In this document: positions 48,458 through 57,840 of the stretch, piece after piece
How the letters are laid out: the number at the start of each line of letters is the position of its first letter
How positions within the stretch are numbered: the first letter of the stretch is position 1
IMG/VR virus record: IMGVR_UViG_3300030099_008323
Coordinates: 64,001-128,000 of that record
Direction: 5' to 3' (one strand)
Length of the DNA stretch: 64,000 nucleotides
Source: a virus
The notes under the pieces: model-generated
Seen by the model: only the letters and a program-made list of their open reading frames with translations
Database searches by the model: none
Told to the model about the DNA's origin: nothing
Position numbers and translations under genes: made by a program

Positions 48458-49137
48458 TCTATTTTAAAGCTCCTATATCTACTTCTTATACGGTTTAAAT
48501 TATTAACAATCTGCTTAGTATTCAAACCGGTTATCTCTCTCATGTATAGGTAAATAGCTTTTTTATTAAAAATTTCAATTTGTTCTATGCTATCAAAAAG
48601 TATATTTATTGCATCAAGTACTTTTTTTTCATTATCTTTTAATTTAAGTTTTTCCCACTGTTTCATCTCTTTGAATAAATGCTGCCAAAACTCTATCTGC
48701 TCTCTATCAGTTTCATACGTATTCTCTGTAACAAGTTCTTTTAACTCAGTGTCACTTGTCAGGTCTTCATATTTAAGATCTCTTTTTAACTTTTTAGAGT
48801 TTTGTTTTACTTTGTGAATAAACCAATTTTTAGTTATAACGCTAAAATATGAAAATGCTTTAGATTTTTTGCTAGGGTCGTATTTATCAAGAATTGTCAT
48901 TAGCCATATTTTACAATCGTCTTTTAAATAATCAATATTTGGTAAGTTGTTGAACTTATAAGTATATACAATTTTATCCACCATTTCATTAAAGGCTGGT
49001 TCTATAAAATCTATGTACAACTCTGTCCTTACCATTCGATCATCATTCAAGGCATATTTAATAATTGCCTCTTCATGTACTTTAGTAAAGTAGTTATTCT
49101 TTTTTCTAGTCCTTGTTTTCTTCTTCTTCATCGTCAT
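48436..49137 (-). CDS. Phage RNA polymerase sigma factor (sigma70-family, probable late sigma)
   Basis: Region-2-like DCKIWLMTILDKYDPSKKSKAFSYFSVITKNWFIHKV and C-terminal HTH-like KKAIYLYMREITGLNTKQIVNNLNRIR. Start uncertain (49146/49137/49131). Confidence 0.75.
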   Translation of the reverse strand: MTMKKKKTRTRKKNNYFTKVHEEAIIKYALNDDRMVRTELYIDFIEPAFNEMVDKIVYTYKFNNLPNIDYLKDDCKIWLMTILDKYDPSKKSKAFSYFSVITKNWFIHKVKQNSKKLKRDLKYEDLTSDTELKELVTENTYETDREQIEFWQHLFKEMKQWEKLKLKDNEKKVLDAINILFDSIEQIEIFNKKAIYLYMREITGLNTKQIVNNLNRIRSRYRSFKIEWEKGNI

Positions 49138-49486
49138 ATGTTTCAACTTCTACTTGTATATCTTCATCGTATTCTACTTGAAGATCTATGATATCATTCA
49201 CTAAACGTCGTGAATGTTGAATTAAACTTTGTAACTTTTCATCGCCGTAAAAAGCTTCTAGTTGGTGTATGCTCTCCAAATGATCCAAAAAAGATTCAAT
49301 AGAAGTAAAAATTGACGTGATGTCATCTCTTAAGTTTTGTTGCTGTCTAAGCAGTTGGATAGTGTACCAAGCTAATACAATATTAGCCACTACACTAACA
49401 AACAATAAAAATGAAAGTGGACCTATCACATACATTATTAATACTGAATTAATAACTGCTGACAATATTAATAAATAATTAATCAC
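49106..49486 (-). CDS. Small membrane protein (N-terminal TM hairpin + acidic coiled coil)
   Basis: About 40 hydrophobic N-terminal residues (two probable TM helices) followed by a charged helical region. Confidence 0.65.
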   Translation of the reverse strand: MINYLLILSAVINSVLIMYVIGPLSFLLFVSVVANIVLAWYTIQLLRQQQNLRDDITSIFTSIESFLDHLESIHQLEAFYGDEKLQSLIQHSRRLVNDIIDLQVEYDEDIQVEVETYDDEEEENKD

Positions 49487-49739
49487 TTTTTTCCCACATT
49501 ATATTACTCATCTTTTCTTTCTCCTCATTCAATTCTTCACTAAATTCGTCAATTGATCTTTTTACAATATCACCTATTTTTTCTTTTTTATTAATTTTTT
49601 GTAAAGAAAATTTTGACGGCAGCTTCTCTAATGTGTTGTTATTACCACACGTATCACAATCTTTTTTAATATCGCTAACAGAGTGGTAAAAAAAATTTTC
49701 AACATCACAAGAACTACATCGGTAAAGATATTTTGGCAT
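49479..49739 (-). CDS. FmdB-family zinc-ribbon protein
   Basis: MPKYLYRCSSC...CDTCG, the typical MP.Y.Y.C..C start. Confidence 0.8.
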   Translation of the reverse strand: MPKYLYRCSSCDVENFFYHSVSDIKKDCDTCGNNNTLEKLPSKFSLQKINKKEKIGDIVKRSIDEFSEELNEEKEKMSNIMWEKSD

Positions 49740-49951
49740 TATTCACTGCCATTGCTGTGAGGATATTCATCATGCTCCTCATATTCTTCTTTAAATTTAA
49801 CCAATGGTGGATTCATGACAAACAATTCTTTATTTTCGCTCACCTTAAAATTAAAATTTTTAAGAACTGGAACAATATCACTTTGTTCTAATAAAGATTT
49901 CTGCAGAGCCATCATAACAGCTCCTAGTGCCTCATCTGATAATTTATACAT
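49739..49951 (-). CDS. Small hypothetical protein (70 aa)
   Basis: Translationally coupled on both sides (overlapping start/stop); plausible amphipathic helix. Confidence 0.65.
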   Translation of the reverse strand: MYKLSDEALGAVMMALQKSLLEQSDIVPVLKNFNFKVSENKELFVMNPPLVKFKEEYEEHDEYPHSNGSE

Positions 49952-50810
49952 TACTTCTCCTTTTTATATTATTTATATAATCTTCTAAATTATGCTTTGT
50001 TTTCCATTTTAATTCTTCCTCACATCTTCTGAAAGGTATAACTGGATCTTTTCTATTACCTTTTTGTTGCTGTATATATTCAATATTATTAGAAAACATA
50101 CGAGCTACTTCTTCAATAGAATGTAAAGAATTACTATCACACAAGCAATATCCATCACCAGAACCATGAATACCTATTTTTTCCAAGCCGCTAACAACGT
50201 CTTGTATATGTGTAAAAAATCTTTTTTGTGTGCCAGGTCTAACAACTTTTAAAGCCTTGCCAGCTTTATATAATTCTTCGAATATACCAATTACAGTAGC
50301 ATACTTGCCATTTGATATTTGTCCGGGACCATATACATTAAAAAAGTATGCAATTGCATATTCTAGTCCAAACCACTCAGAATAGTTCTTAATTAACTCT
50401 ACGTTTTTTGCCTTAACCCAGGAGTACGGAGTTAAATTTTCATCCCTACCGGAATTTCCAAACTTGCTACTTGATCCGCCATATATTAATTTTGAATTGT
50501 TTTTCAAACAATATTTCAATACTTGATATGTCCCATCAACATTGTACTTCCATACTTTATCAATATCTTCAAAACTAGTTGATATTCTAGCATATTCACC
50601 AAGATGATATACAATATCTGCTTTTATACTAACTAAATCTAAAATATTGTTAGTGCTACCGGGAATATGGTTTACCCGTGTGTCAAAGAATAATTGACGT
50701 CCAGTAAAGTAATTATCCAGACAATATATATTATTAGATCTATCAAGTAGAAGTTTTTCAATTAAGGCTGATCCTATAAATCCGGCCCCACCTGTAACTA
50801 ATATATTCAT
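49944..50810 (-). CDS. NAD-dependent epimerase/dehydratase (extended SDR; HldD/GalE-like)
   Basis: ILVTGGAGFIG, YSWVK (YxxxK), FNVYGPGQ. Confidence 0.9.
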   Translation of the reverse strand: MNILVTGGAGFIGSALIEKLLLDRSNNIYCLDNYFTGRQLFFDTRVNHIPGSTNNILDLVSIKADIVYHLGEYARISTSFEDIDKVWKYNVDGTYQVLKYCLKNNSKLIYGGSSSKFGNSGRDENLTPYSWVKAKNVELIKNYSEWFGLEYAIAYFFNVYGPGQISNGKYATVIGIFEELYKAGKALKVVRPGTQKRFFTHIQDVVSGLEKIGIHGSGDGYCLCDSNSLHSIEEVARMFSNNIEYIQQQKGNRKDPVIPFRRCEEELKWKTKHNLEDYINNIKRRSNV

Positions 50811-51172
50811 TAGTCTCCCTTAATTAGTCTATAACTGTCTTCATCGAAATGTTGAGTTGAAAATTCAAATAGCTCTGTATCCTCTAGCGCAATCATTTGA
50901 TGTCTTAGTCCAGTTGGGACGTGAAAATTATCTCCTGGAACTAATATTATTTCTTTAGCGCAATCCAAATCATCATATTTAGAATACTTTACTTTTATTT
51001 TACCAGACTGAACATAAAAAACCTCGTCTTTGATTTTATGATAGTGCCAAGAACATCTCCTATCTTTGACAAAATAAAGTAATTTTCCGCAATATTGTTC
51101 TTTGTTAACAATCCACTTTTCAAAACCCCAGCCTTTAGGCACAAAATGAATCGGTAAAAAACTTCTCATCAT
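50810..51172 (-). CDS. Cupin-fold sugar isomerase-like protein
   Basis: PKGWGFE...SWHYHKIKDEVFYVQSG...HVPTGLRHQM cupin metal motif. Start placed at ATG 51172 after GGGGG. Confidence 0.8.
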   Translation of the reverse strand: MMRSFLPIHFVPKGWGFEKWIVNKEQYCGKLLYFVKDRRCSWHYHKIKDEVFYVQSGKIKVKYSKYDDLDCAKEIILVPGDNFHVPTGLRHQMIALEDTELFEFSTQHFDEDSYRLIKGD

Positions 51173-51479
51173 TAACCCCCTTATCATCAACATAATAATC
51201 TGCAGCTGGTTTTCCTAAAAACAACTGATGATATTTGCATCCCCACTCACCAAGCTGCTTTGCAGTTAAAACATAAAAATCTTGTATTGCTTTTTGAGCA
51301 TTGTTATCATGCCTGCCCATACCGCGAGCTGTCATATAGATAATTTTATGGCCATCATCATACAAAGAATTAATAAAACTAATTCTATCTCTCATAGGCT
51401 CCGACAATAAATAATTGCCACCACTCAGCTCACACTGTTTAGTACAAATAGTGCCATCAATATCAAATACATATGTCAT
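51135..51479 (-). CDS. HAD-family phosphatase (capsule biosynthesis phosphatase type)
   Basis: YVFDIDGTI motif I, YMTARG motif II, GKPAAD.YVDDK motifs III/IV. Confidence 0.85.
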   Translation of the reverse strand: MTYVFDIDGTICTKQCELSGGNYLLSEPMRDRISFINSLYDDGHKIIYMTARGMGRHDNNAQKAIQDFYVLTAKQLGEWGCKYHQLFLGKPAADYYVDDKGVNDEKFFTDSFCA

Positions 51480-51856
51480 TTTTTCTCCAATGCCTTAGTT
51501 GTTGAATACCCATCAATATACCCAAAGATCTTAACCCTAGCAATATCTTTTCCAACAACTTCTTCTGGTTTGTAATCTCCACCTTTTACAATTATATCAG
51601 GCTTTAGCTTTTTAATTAAGTTATAAGGTGTATCTTCTTCAAAAATTACAACCCCATCAACATATTTACAAGACTCAAGCATAAATTTTCTATCCTCTGC
51701 AGAAAAAATTGGCCTTGAGGATCCTTTGAGATTTTTGACACTCTCATCGCTGTTGATACCAACTATTACGTCCCCCAAGCTTTTACAATATCTTAAAAGC
51801 TCAAAATGTCCTCTGTGTAACACGTCGAAACAACCATTAGTAAAAACAACACTCAT
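51476..51856 (-). CDS. Nucleotidyltransferase, RfaE/HldE domain II-like (cytidylyltransferase fold)
   Basis: TNGCFDVLHRGH, VGINSDESV..LKG..RP, KGGDY, GYSTT. Confidence 0.9.
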   Translation of the reverse strand: MSVVFTNGCFDVLHRGHFELLRYCKSLGDVIVGINSDESVKNLKGSSRPIFSAEDRKFMLESCKYVDGVVIFEEDTPYNLIKKLKPDIIVKGGDYKPEEVVGKDIARVKIFGYIDGYSTTKALEKK

Positions 51857-52584
51857 ACCGTACTAACTCCTCTTTTCTGCACAACAGCTGTGGCGCATTG
51901 ATTAGCAAAGTTAATTGATTGCTCTATGTTCGATGTCTCTACAAATTTAACCACCAAGGCAGATATAAATGTATCGCCTGCTCCAGATGAATCTTTAATC
52001 TCAACCTCTGGCACTGGATATAAAACATTAAGATGCTTACATCCATCTCTACTCATTGTCACAATTAGTTTGTCTTTTATATCATTAGATATAGTGTGCT
52101 TTGTCTTTTCATATTCAGTGTTGTTAATTTTTATATATTTAACATGCTCACACCAATCACCTAATATTTTTTTTGTGTCCAGGAACACACAATCATGTTT
52201 TAAAGAGATGTTTTTTATATCGTCTTCAGATAAAAATCCTTTGTTATAATCAGAAATTATAACAGCATCATAGTTGTCAAAAGATATATTATTAATGTTA
52301 GATCTTCCATATTGTTTGTCATTTTCATCAACTCTCATAAACATATGGTTCATATTAAAATCTATATATCTAGTCTTTGTAATCCCCTTCCAATTTTCAT
52401 TGGTAAGCAAATTAGCTTTAGCTCCTAATGAAGAAACATTTCTGTATACATTTCTTGCCATACCACCATTATCAACTGATTTTACAGGATTAAAAACAGG
52501 CACTGGAGCTTCAGGGCATAATCGATTACATTCGCCATAAATAAAAACGTCCCTACAGCTCTCTCCGATAACTAATATCTTCAC
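51853..52584 (-). CDS. PfkB-family sugar kinase, RfaE/HldE domain I-like
   Basis: IGES..D.F.YG...RLCPEAPVPV, SDYNKG, DSSGAGDTF. Start placed at GTG 52584 after GAGG. Confidence 0.88.
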   Translation of the reverse strand: MKILVIGESCRDVFIYGECNRLCPEAPVPVFNPVKSVDNGGMARNVYRNVSSLGAKANLLTNENWKGITKTRYIDFNMNHMFMRVDENDKQYGRSNINNISFDNYDAVIISDYNKGFLSEDDIKNISLKHDCVFLDTKKILGDWCEHVKYIKINNTEYEKTKHTISNDIKDKLIVTMSRDGCKHLNVLYPVPEVEIKDSSGAGDTFISALVVKFVETSNIEQSINFANQCATAVVQKRGVSTV

Positions 52585-52585
52585 T

Positions 52586-53746
52586 CTAGCCTCTAACAAC
52601 ATCGCATATGTGTTTTATTTCTTCAAATGTCAACTCAGGATAATTTGGTAAGAAAAAACCGTTTGAGTGTATCTTATTACTCATTCGGTCATTAAACCTA
52701 CCGTACCTTTCATACCAAAAAGGATGCAAGCCTAGATTTCCTGCACTGAATATTCTAGTCTCTACACCATTTTCTACCAGTCTTTCTACTATCTGCTGCC
52801 TATGTTGATTACTCTCAGCCAAAGCACCAAAGGAGATTGACACAGGTTTGTTATTAAACCAATTTTGATACTGTACATATCCGTCCAAAAGGCGCGCATA
52901 TTCTAAATGATTCTCATATCTTCTTTGTGTTGCCCAGTCAGCTTTCTTAACTTGTCTAATTCCTAAAAATGCCTGTAAGTCAGTTGACCTTAAATTAAAA
53001 CCAGGCACAAAAAATGTAAAAGGCTTATGAAAATCATCAACCCTATATTTCTTAATTAAGCGACCATATTCTTTCTCATCTAGATCTTTTGCCCAACCAT
53101 GGCTGCGCAGCATAAGCAGCATATCGTATAGCTCTTTATCATCTGTATTCACCATACCGCCCTCAATAGTTGAAAGCTGGTGGCCAAAATAAAACGAAAA
53201 CGAAGACATATCGCCAATTGTACCAACCTTGCTGCCATCTTCATACTCTGCGCCTAAAGCAGCACATGCATCTTCCAATAAACAAAAGCCATATTTTTCT
53301 TTGAGTTGTAGCAATTTCTCCTTATAATGTGGCACTCCTAATACCTGCACATATATTACAGCGTCAGGCTTTTCAGTCTTGCAAATAAATTCTAACTGGT
53401 CTAGATCAATACCAAAGGTTTCTTCATCAGCACCAACCATAATTGGCTTAAGCCCAAGTTGAATCGCTGGTGATATTGTTGTGACCCAGCCAACCGAAGG
53501 CACAGCAATTTTTTTATTCTTTATTCTGCCAGACATTAAAGCGGCCGCAACCATCAAGAGATTTGCTGAAGATCCAGAATTATTAAAAACTGCATAATCA
53601 GTGCCAATAAATTCAGCCCAATCTTTTTCTACCTGCCAAGTCAGCTCACCCTTTGTAAGTCTAGGATAGCTTTTTAACCATGTACACAGTGCATCGATAT
53701 CTTCATCATTAATTGTTTCTTTAGCTAGGGGATATTTAATGTCCAT
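52586..53746 (-). CDS. PLP/PMP-dependent NDP-4-keto-6-deoxyhexose 3-dehydratase-like (ColD/E1 subgroup of the DegT/DnrJ family)
   Basis: NSGSSANLL, LLEDAC and SFYFGHQLSTIEGG, with His at the position of the usual PLP lysine. Confidence 0.8.
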   Translation of the reverse strand: MDIKYPLAKETINDEDIDALCTWLKSYPRLTKGELTWQVEKDWAEFIGTDYAVFNNSGSSANLLMVAAALMSGRIKNKKIAVPSVGWVTTISPAIQLGLKPIMVGADEETFGIDLDQLEFICKTEKPDAVIYVQVLGVPHYKEKLLQLKEKYGFCLLEDACAALGAEYEDGSKVGTIGDMSSFSFYFGHQLSTIEGGMVNTDDKELYDMLLMLRSHGWAKDLDEKEYGRLIKKYRVDDFHKPFTFFVPGFNLRSTDLQAFLGIRQVKKADWATQRRYENHLEYARLLDGYVQYQNWFNNKPVSISFGALAESNQHRQQIVERLVENGVETRIFSAGNLGLHPFWYERYGRFNDRMSNKIHSNGFFLPNYPELTFEEIKHICDVVRG

Positions 53747-53747
53747 A

Positions 53748-54425
53748 TTACACCTTTATATTATATTTTTTATGTTTTGCAAAGTTCTTGCAAAGATTTT
53801 CATAAACTATTTTATCATAAAAGTCATTTTTTTTAATACTTTCATGTGGTAAATTTGTAATTTTAAATTCTGTCTCTTCACAAACTTTTTTTCCTATTAA
53901 TGCACAGTATGTGCCAAGCCAATTATCACAATAATGGTGAATAAAAGATTCAGCGAAGATTACACCATCTAAATATTTATCTATTGTGTCTCTTAAAAAT
54001 AGAGGATATCTTATTATCTGTGGCGCATTTTTGCCTCTGCCACTAAGTCCAGCTGCGTATCGAGCCCAACGAGGTATAACAAAAGAGTGATTGTTTTCAT
54101 CACATGGAGATTTTATTATAAAATCAGTACCGTTATTATATTCTATTTCCATTTTCTTTATTAAATCATTAATATTGGCCGGCGGTAGTGTAACTCCTGT
54201 TAGACAAACAATAAATTTTCCTGTAGAGTTTTTATAAAGATTATTATAACAAGACACACTAGAGCCTGTGTCTTCAAATATTTTATATTCTATATTATTT
54301 TCACAAGAAATTTTTTTTGGACTGGCAATCAATATTTCATATGAGTAATCAATTTTTATTTTATTGAGAAAATTTATTTGCCTTAAGCAATCATCCAACG
54401 AGACAATTAGAAATGATATGTCCAT
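53748..54425 (-). CDS. Putative GT-A fold glycosyltransferase-like protein (divergent)
   Basis: DISFLIVS start, YNNLYKNSTGKFIV and F.HHYCDNWL patterns recall GT2 proteins, but no clear DxD is visible. Confidence 0.4.
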   Translation of the reverse strand: MDISFLIVSLDDCLRQINFLNKIKIDYSYEILIASPKKISCENNIEYKIFEDTGSSVSCYNNLYKNSTGKFIVCLTGVTLPPANINDLIKKMEIEYNNGTDFIIKSPCDENNHSFVIPRWARYAAGLSGRGKNAPQIIRYPLFLRDTIDKYLDGVIFAESFIHHYCDNWLGTYCALIGKKVCEETEFKITNLPHESIKKNDFYDKIVYENLCKNFAKHKKYNIKV

Positions 54426-54440
54426 GATGCCTTCAAAAAT

Positions 54441-55400
54441 CTAATCCAAAAACTCTACTATTTTAATTGGTGCTCTTTCATAAAGCCTGGTATCTGCTAA
54501 TTTAGGATTTGCATACTTTATATTAGCTTGTTCTAGGGTCTCTTGTACAGAAATAAAAAGTGTATCTCCTAGTTTAGAGTATATCTCTTTATCTAAATAT
54601 TCATATCGATAATCTTCTAGATGAGCTTTCTTTCTAGTTTTTGCATCATAATACAGAGAATTAGGATTGTTAGTAATTACACCAAGGTCAAAAGATACCC
54701 TTATACCACCTTCGTTTAAACTTGTTCTGTGCAGACATGCATGGTCAAAAACGCTTATATAGCCCATTCTAGCATATCCTAGAAATTTTTTATCATTAAA
54801 TTTTTTTAATCCCTCATCATAATTTTCTAAGGGCAAAAAGAAATCTTTATTAACGTCACATGGTTCATAAAACTCTAGTTTTGTAGAAGGATCTCCTGTT
54901 AGAGACACGCCTAGTATTGCATCTCCAACATGAGATGCCCAAGAATCAGAATGTAGCTTTGTTGTAGCTAATGGCCTTGTGTGGTCTAAATCAGCTGTTT
55001 TGCCGGACATAACTCTTACAGTGCATGGCTGCACAGCCAAAAAATTATCTAATATATTAACTTCTCTAAGTGCGGTTACAATATGTTTTTGTAGATTGTT
55101 ATACTCTACAATATTTTCTTTTTTTGGATGAAACGCGCCATTGGGGGTTCGATTAGGTAATCTTAATATTTCTTTTTCATATTTTATTAAAAATTGTTCA
55201 TCAATAGCAATTTCTTTTTTTTGTACGACAGAAAGTGCTTTTGCAATGTATTTTAATACAAGATCTGTCAAAATACCATGTGTTTGTTCAGATAATTTAA
55301 TATCAAAATATATTCCGTGATCTCTATCCAAAATACAGTCAGGTCTTAAATAATCGTATAAACTGGATCTTTTTTCTAGTATCTCTTCTCTTTTTTTCAT
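54441..55400 (-). CDS. Putative 2OG-Fe(II) dioxygenase
   Basis: HSD (HxD)...LHRT...RVS (RxS) facial-triad pattern. Start placed at ATG 55400 by ATGA overlap with the upstream stop. Confidence 0.6.
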   Translation of the reverse strand: MKKREEILEKRSSLYDYLRPDCILDRDHGIYFDIKLSEQTHGILTDLVLKYIAKALSVVQKKEIAIDEQFLIKYEKEILRLPNRTPNGAFHPKKENIVEYNNLQKHIVTALREVNILDNFLAVQPCTVRVMSGKTADLDHTRPLATTKLHSDSWASHVGDAILGVSLTGDPSTKLEFYEPCDVNKDFFLPLENYDEGLKKFNDKKFLGYARMGYISVFDHACLHRTSLNEGGIRVSFDLGVITNNPNSLYYDAKTRKKAHLEDYRYEYLDKEIYSKLGDTLFISVQETLEQANIKYANPKLADTRLYERAPIKIVEFLD

Positions 55401-55909
55401 ATGAATGAGGCCTCTTGATCTCTTATAGATAAAATAGGATTGTTTATTGGCCACTTTATATTAAGCGTGGGATCATTCCACTTAATAGATATTTGATTTT
55501 CTGGGCCATTATATCTCTCAGACCACTTATAAAAAAATAAACATTTTTTACTCACACATAAATGGCCATTCAAAAAACCTGCTGGTACATAAACCATTGT
55601 AGGTTTTTGATCAGACAGGTGAAAAGTCTTTGTCTTTAAGAAAGTATCTGAATCTTGCCTAAAATCAACAACGGCAAGAAATATCTCTCCATGTAAACAA
55701 CTTATTAATTTACCAGTAATATAGTCTCCATGTAAACCTCTTAAAACATTTTTGTAAGATATTGTAATCTTGTCTTCAATAAATTTAGGTAATATGTTGC
55801 AGTCCTCATATATCGACCAAATTTCACCACGGTTATCTACATGTTTATCTAATTTTATTTCTAACAAACCATCTAAATTATGATTAATTATTTCTCTTAC
55901 ATACTTCAT
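55397..55909 (-). CDS. rmlC: dTDP-4-dehydrorhamnose 3,5-epimerase family protein
   Basis: DNRG, NVLRGLH, KLISCLHGEIF..VVDFR..S.TF, VPAGF.NG, I.WNDP.LNIKWP. Confidence 0.88.
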   Translation of the reverse strand: MKYVREIINHNLDGLLEIKLDKHVDNRGEIWSIYEDCNILPKFIEDKITISYKNVLRGLHGDYITGKLISCLHGEIFLAVVDFRQDSDTFLKTKTFHLSDQKPTMVYVPAGFLNGHLCVSKKCLFFYKWSERYNGPENQISIKWNDPTLNIKWPINNPILSIRDQEASFI

Positions 55910-56856
55910 GGAATGAATTTACACTTAATTTTATCATAACACAACTCGTCCTCATTTAAGAAAAAATACTCGTTTACCTTTTCTAGTAGACGAGATGAAT
56001 TTTTTGCAAATCCATTTTCATCATAGGCATCTGGATTGTGTGGCATAATTTTATTGCACTCTTCGTATCCAACACCGCATTCATACGCCTCTTTATCATT
56101 TATAAATGCTAGAGCATCACGGCCATAAAGTAAATTATTCCATGTATTTGAATGCTTATGTGAGTGATGAGAAAAACCTGCAGAAGCGCCGTCGATGCTA
56201 GTATGATGTCTTATTTGACGATCTGCCATTATCACCCATCTTTGAGATGATGCCGCGGCAATATAATTAAATACAGATTCTGAACAATGCGCTGCAAATA
56301 CGTCAGGCTCAATTTTATTATTACAATTTTTAAATATTTCCTTGCTAAACAAGTGAGTATGTTGATTAATAGATTTACCTATGGGGATTATATAATCATC
56401 TCCTGTAATCTGCATTTTATCAGTTGTATGTTTAAATTTAGGATCTAAAATGTCTAAAGCCTCATCAGTGTCCACTTGCAGCGCAACAATTCCATTTGGG
56501 CCAGATTTTAGACACTCATAGGATTTTGCTAGTATATCATCATCTTCAAACCAACACCCAGAATCAACATACATATAAGACTCAAACTCTCCTAGATGTC
56601 TTACAGATTCTTGACATGCCTTATTAAAAGTTATATTTACAGTATGAAGCTCTGGAGTTAGACAGTAGGATATCTGATTGCCAAATGTTTCTAATATTTT
56701 TTTAATACATTCAGGGCTATTTTTGCAAGACGACAAAACAACCCTAAAGCCATCAAAATTTTGATTTAAGAATGTTCTAATGCATTTTATATAATGCTCA
56801 GTGTTGTCTCTTCTGATGCCACATGTGTTATAAACCAATAATACTTTGTTTTGCAT
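55906..56856 (-). CDS. Putative glycosyltransferase-like protein, tandem paralog A (316 aa)
   Basis: GT-A-like layout (VYNTCG, VVLSSC, VNITFNKA, YMYVDSG); sits in the sugar cluster. Confidence 0.5.
   Translation of the reverse strand: MQNKVLLVYNTCGIRRDNTEHYIKCIRTFLNQNFDGFRVVLSSCKNSPECIKKILETFGNQISYCLTPELHTVNITFNKACQESVRHLGEFESYMYVDSGCWFEDDDILAKSYECLKSGPNGIVALQVDTDEALDILDPKFKHTTDKMQITGDDYIIPIGKSINQHTHLFSKEIFKNCNNKIEPDVFAAHCSESVFNYIAAASSQRWVIMADRQIRHHTSIDGASAGFSHHSHKHSNTWNNLLYGRDALAFINDKEAYECGVGYEECNKIMPHNPDAYDENGFAKNSSRLLEKVNEYFFLNEDELCYDKIKCKFIP
56017..56064. repeat. 48-bp exact direct repeat, copy 1
   Basis: ttcatcataggcatctggattgtgtggcataattttattgcactcttc, identical at 56974-57021; encodes EECNKIMPHNPDAYDE. 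Confidence 0.95.
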
Positions 56857-56862
56857 ATTTTC

Positions 56863-57840
56863 CTAAGGGATAAACTTACACTTTATTGTATCATAATTTA
56901 ATTCTTTATTTGACAAAAATAAATATTTTTTTATTACACTTTGTAAATTATCTATGTTCTTGCATAGGCCCTCTTCATCATAGGCATCTGGATTGTGTGG
57001 CATAATTTTATTGCACTCTTCATACCCTAAACCTGCATCTGCAGCTAATTTATTATTAACAAAATCTACCGCGTCTCTTCCATATAGTAAATTATTCCAA
57101 GAGTTATTTTTAACTAATTCACCACTCTTATTTTTAGATTCTACTCTATGCGTAAATCCTGACGAGGGGCCATCAACAGCTTTCAAATGCCTAACCTGAT
57201 AGTCGGCCATTATAGCCCATCTTTTGCCAACTGATGCTGCAATGTAATTCAGCACAGACTCTGAACAAAAGGCAGCAAAAACATCAGGATAAAGCTTCTT
57301 ATATTTTTTAAATATTTGATTACTAAAAACAGCAGTGTGCTGATTAACAGATGTTCCAATTGGCACTACTAGATGCTCGCCAGTAACTTGGATATGCTTT
57401 GATTCGTATAAATATGGATAGCCTAAATTTTCTAAGCATTCATCTGTATCGGTCTGTACCACAACAATACCATAATTATTTTCAACTAAAGTTTTATGAG
57501 ATAGACTGAAAATATCATTTTGGTCATCGAAAGTACATCCAGAATCAACGTACATATACCCATCAAATTCACCAAACTTCTTTACAGATTCTTGAACTGC
57601 CTTGTTGAAAGTTATATTAACGGTATGTAATTCTGGTGTCAAAGAATAAGATATCTTATTACCAAATTCTTGATAAATTTTCTTAATGCAATCAGTACTA
57701 TTTTTACAAGAAGATAATACTACTCTACAGTTATCTAAATTTTGAGCTAGCATACTTTTTAGTGAGGATATATACCAATCCGTGTTATCGCCATTTATTC
57801 CACATGTGTTATACACTGCTAATATTTTATTATTATTCAT
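56863..57840 (-). CDS. Putative glycosyltransferase-like protein, tandem paralog B (325 aa)
   Basis: Colinear with 55906..56856 over its full length (TPELHTVNITFNKA, YMYVDSG, WNNLLYGRDA, YEECNKIMPHNPDAYDE). Confidence 0.5.
   Translation of the reverse strand: MNNNKILAVYNTCGINGDNTDWYISSLKSMLAQNLDNCRVVLSSCKNSTDCIKKIYQEFGNKISYSLTPELHTVNITFNKAVQESVKKFGEFDGYMYVDSGCTFDDQNDIFSLSHKTLVENNYGIVVVQTDTDECLENLGYPYLYESKHIQVTGEHLVVPIGTSVNQHTAVFSNQIFKKYKKLYPDVFAAFCSESVLNYIAASVGKRWAIMADYQVRHLKAVDGPSSGFTHRVESKNKSGELVKNNSWNNLLYGRDAVDFVNNKLAADAGLGYEECNKIMPHNPDAYDEEGLCKNIDNLQSVIKKYLFLSNKELNYDTIKCKFIP
56974..57021. repeat. 48-bp exact direct repeat, copy 2
   Basis: Identical to 56017-56064; flanking bases differ. 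Confidence 0.95.

Noticed and set aside
49106-49486. Membrane protein as holin or spanin
   Set aside because: There is no adjacent endolysin or lipoprotein partner, and hydrophobicity alone is insufficient.
56017-57021. The 48-bp repeat pair as a DGR template/variable repeat or CRISPR remnant
   Set aside because: The copies are identical (no adenine-specific mismatches), both lie in frame inside paralogous genes, there are only two, and no reverse transcriptase or cas gene is visible.
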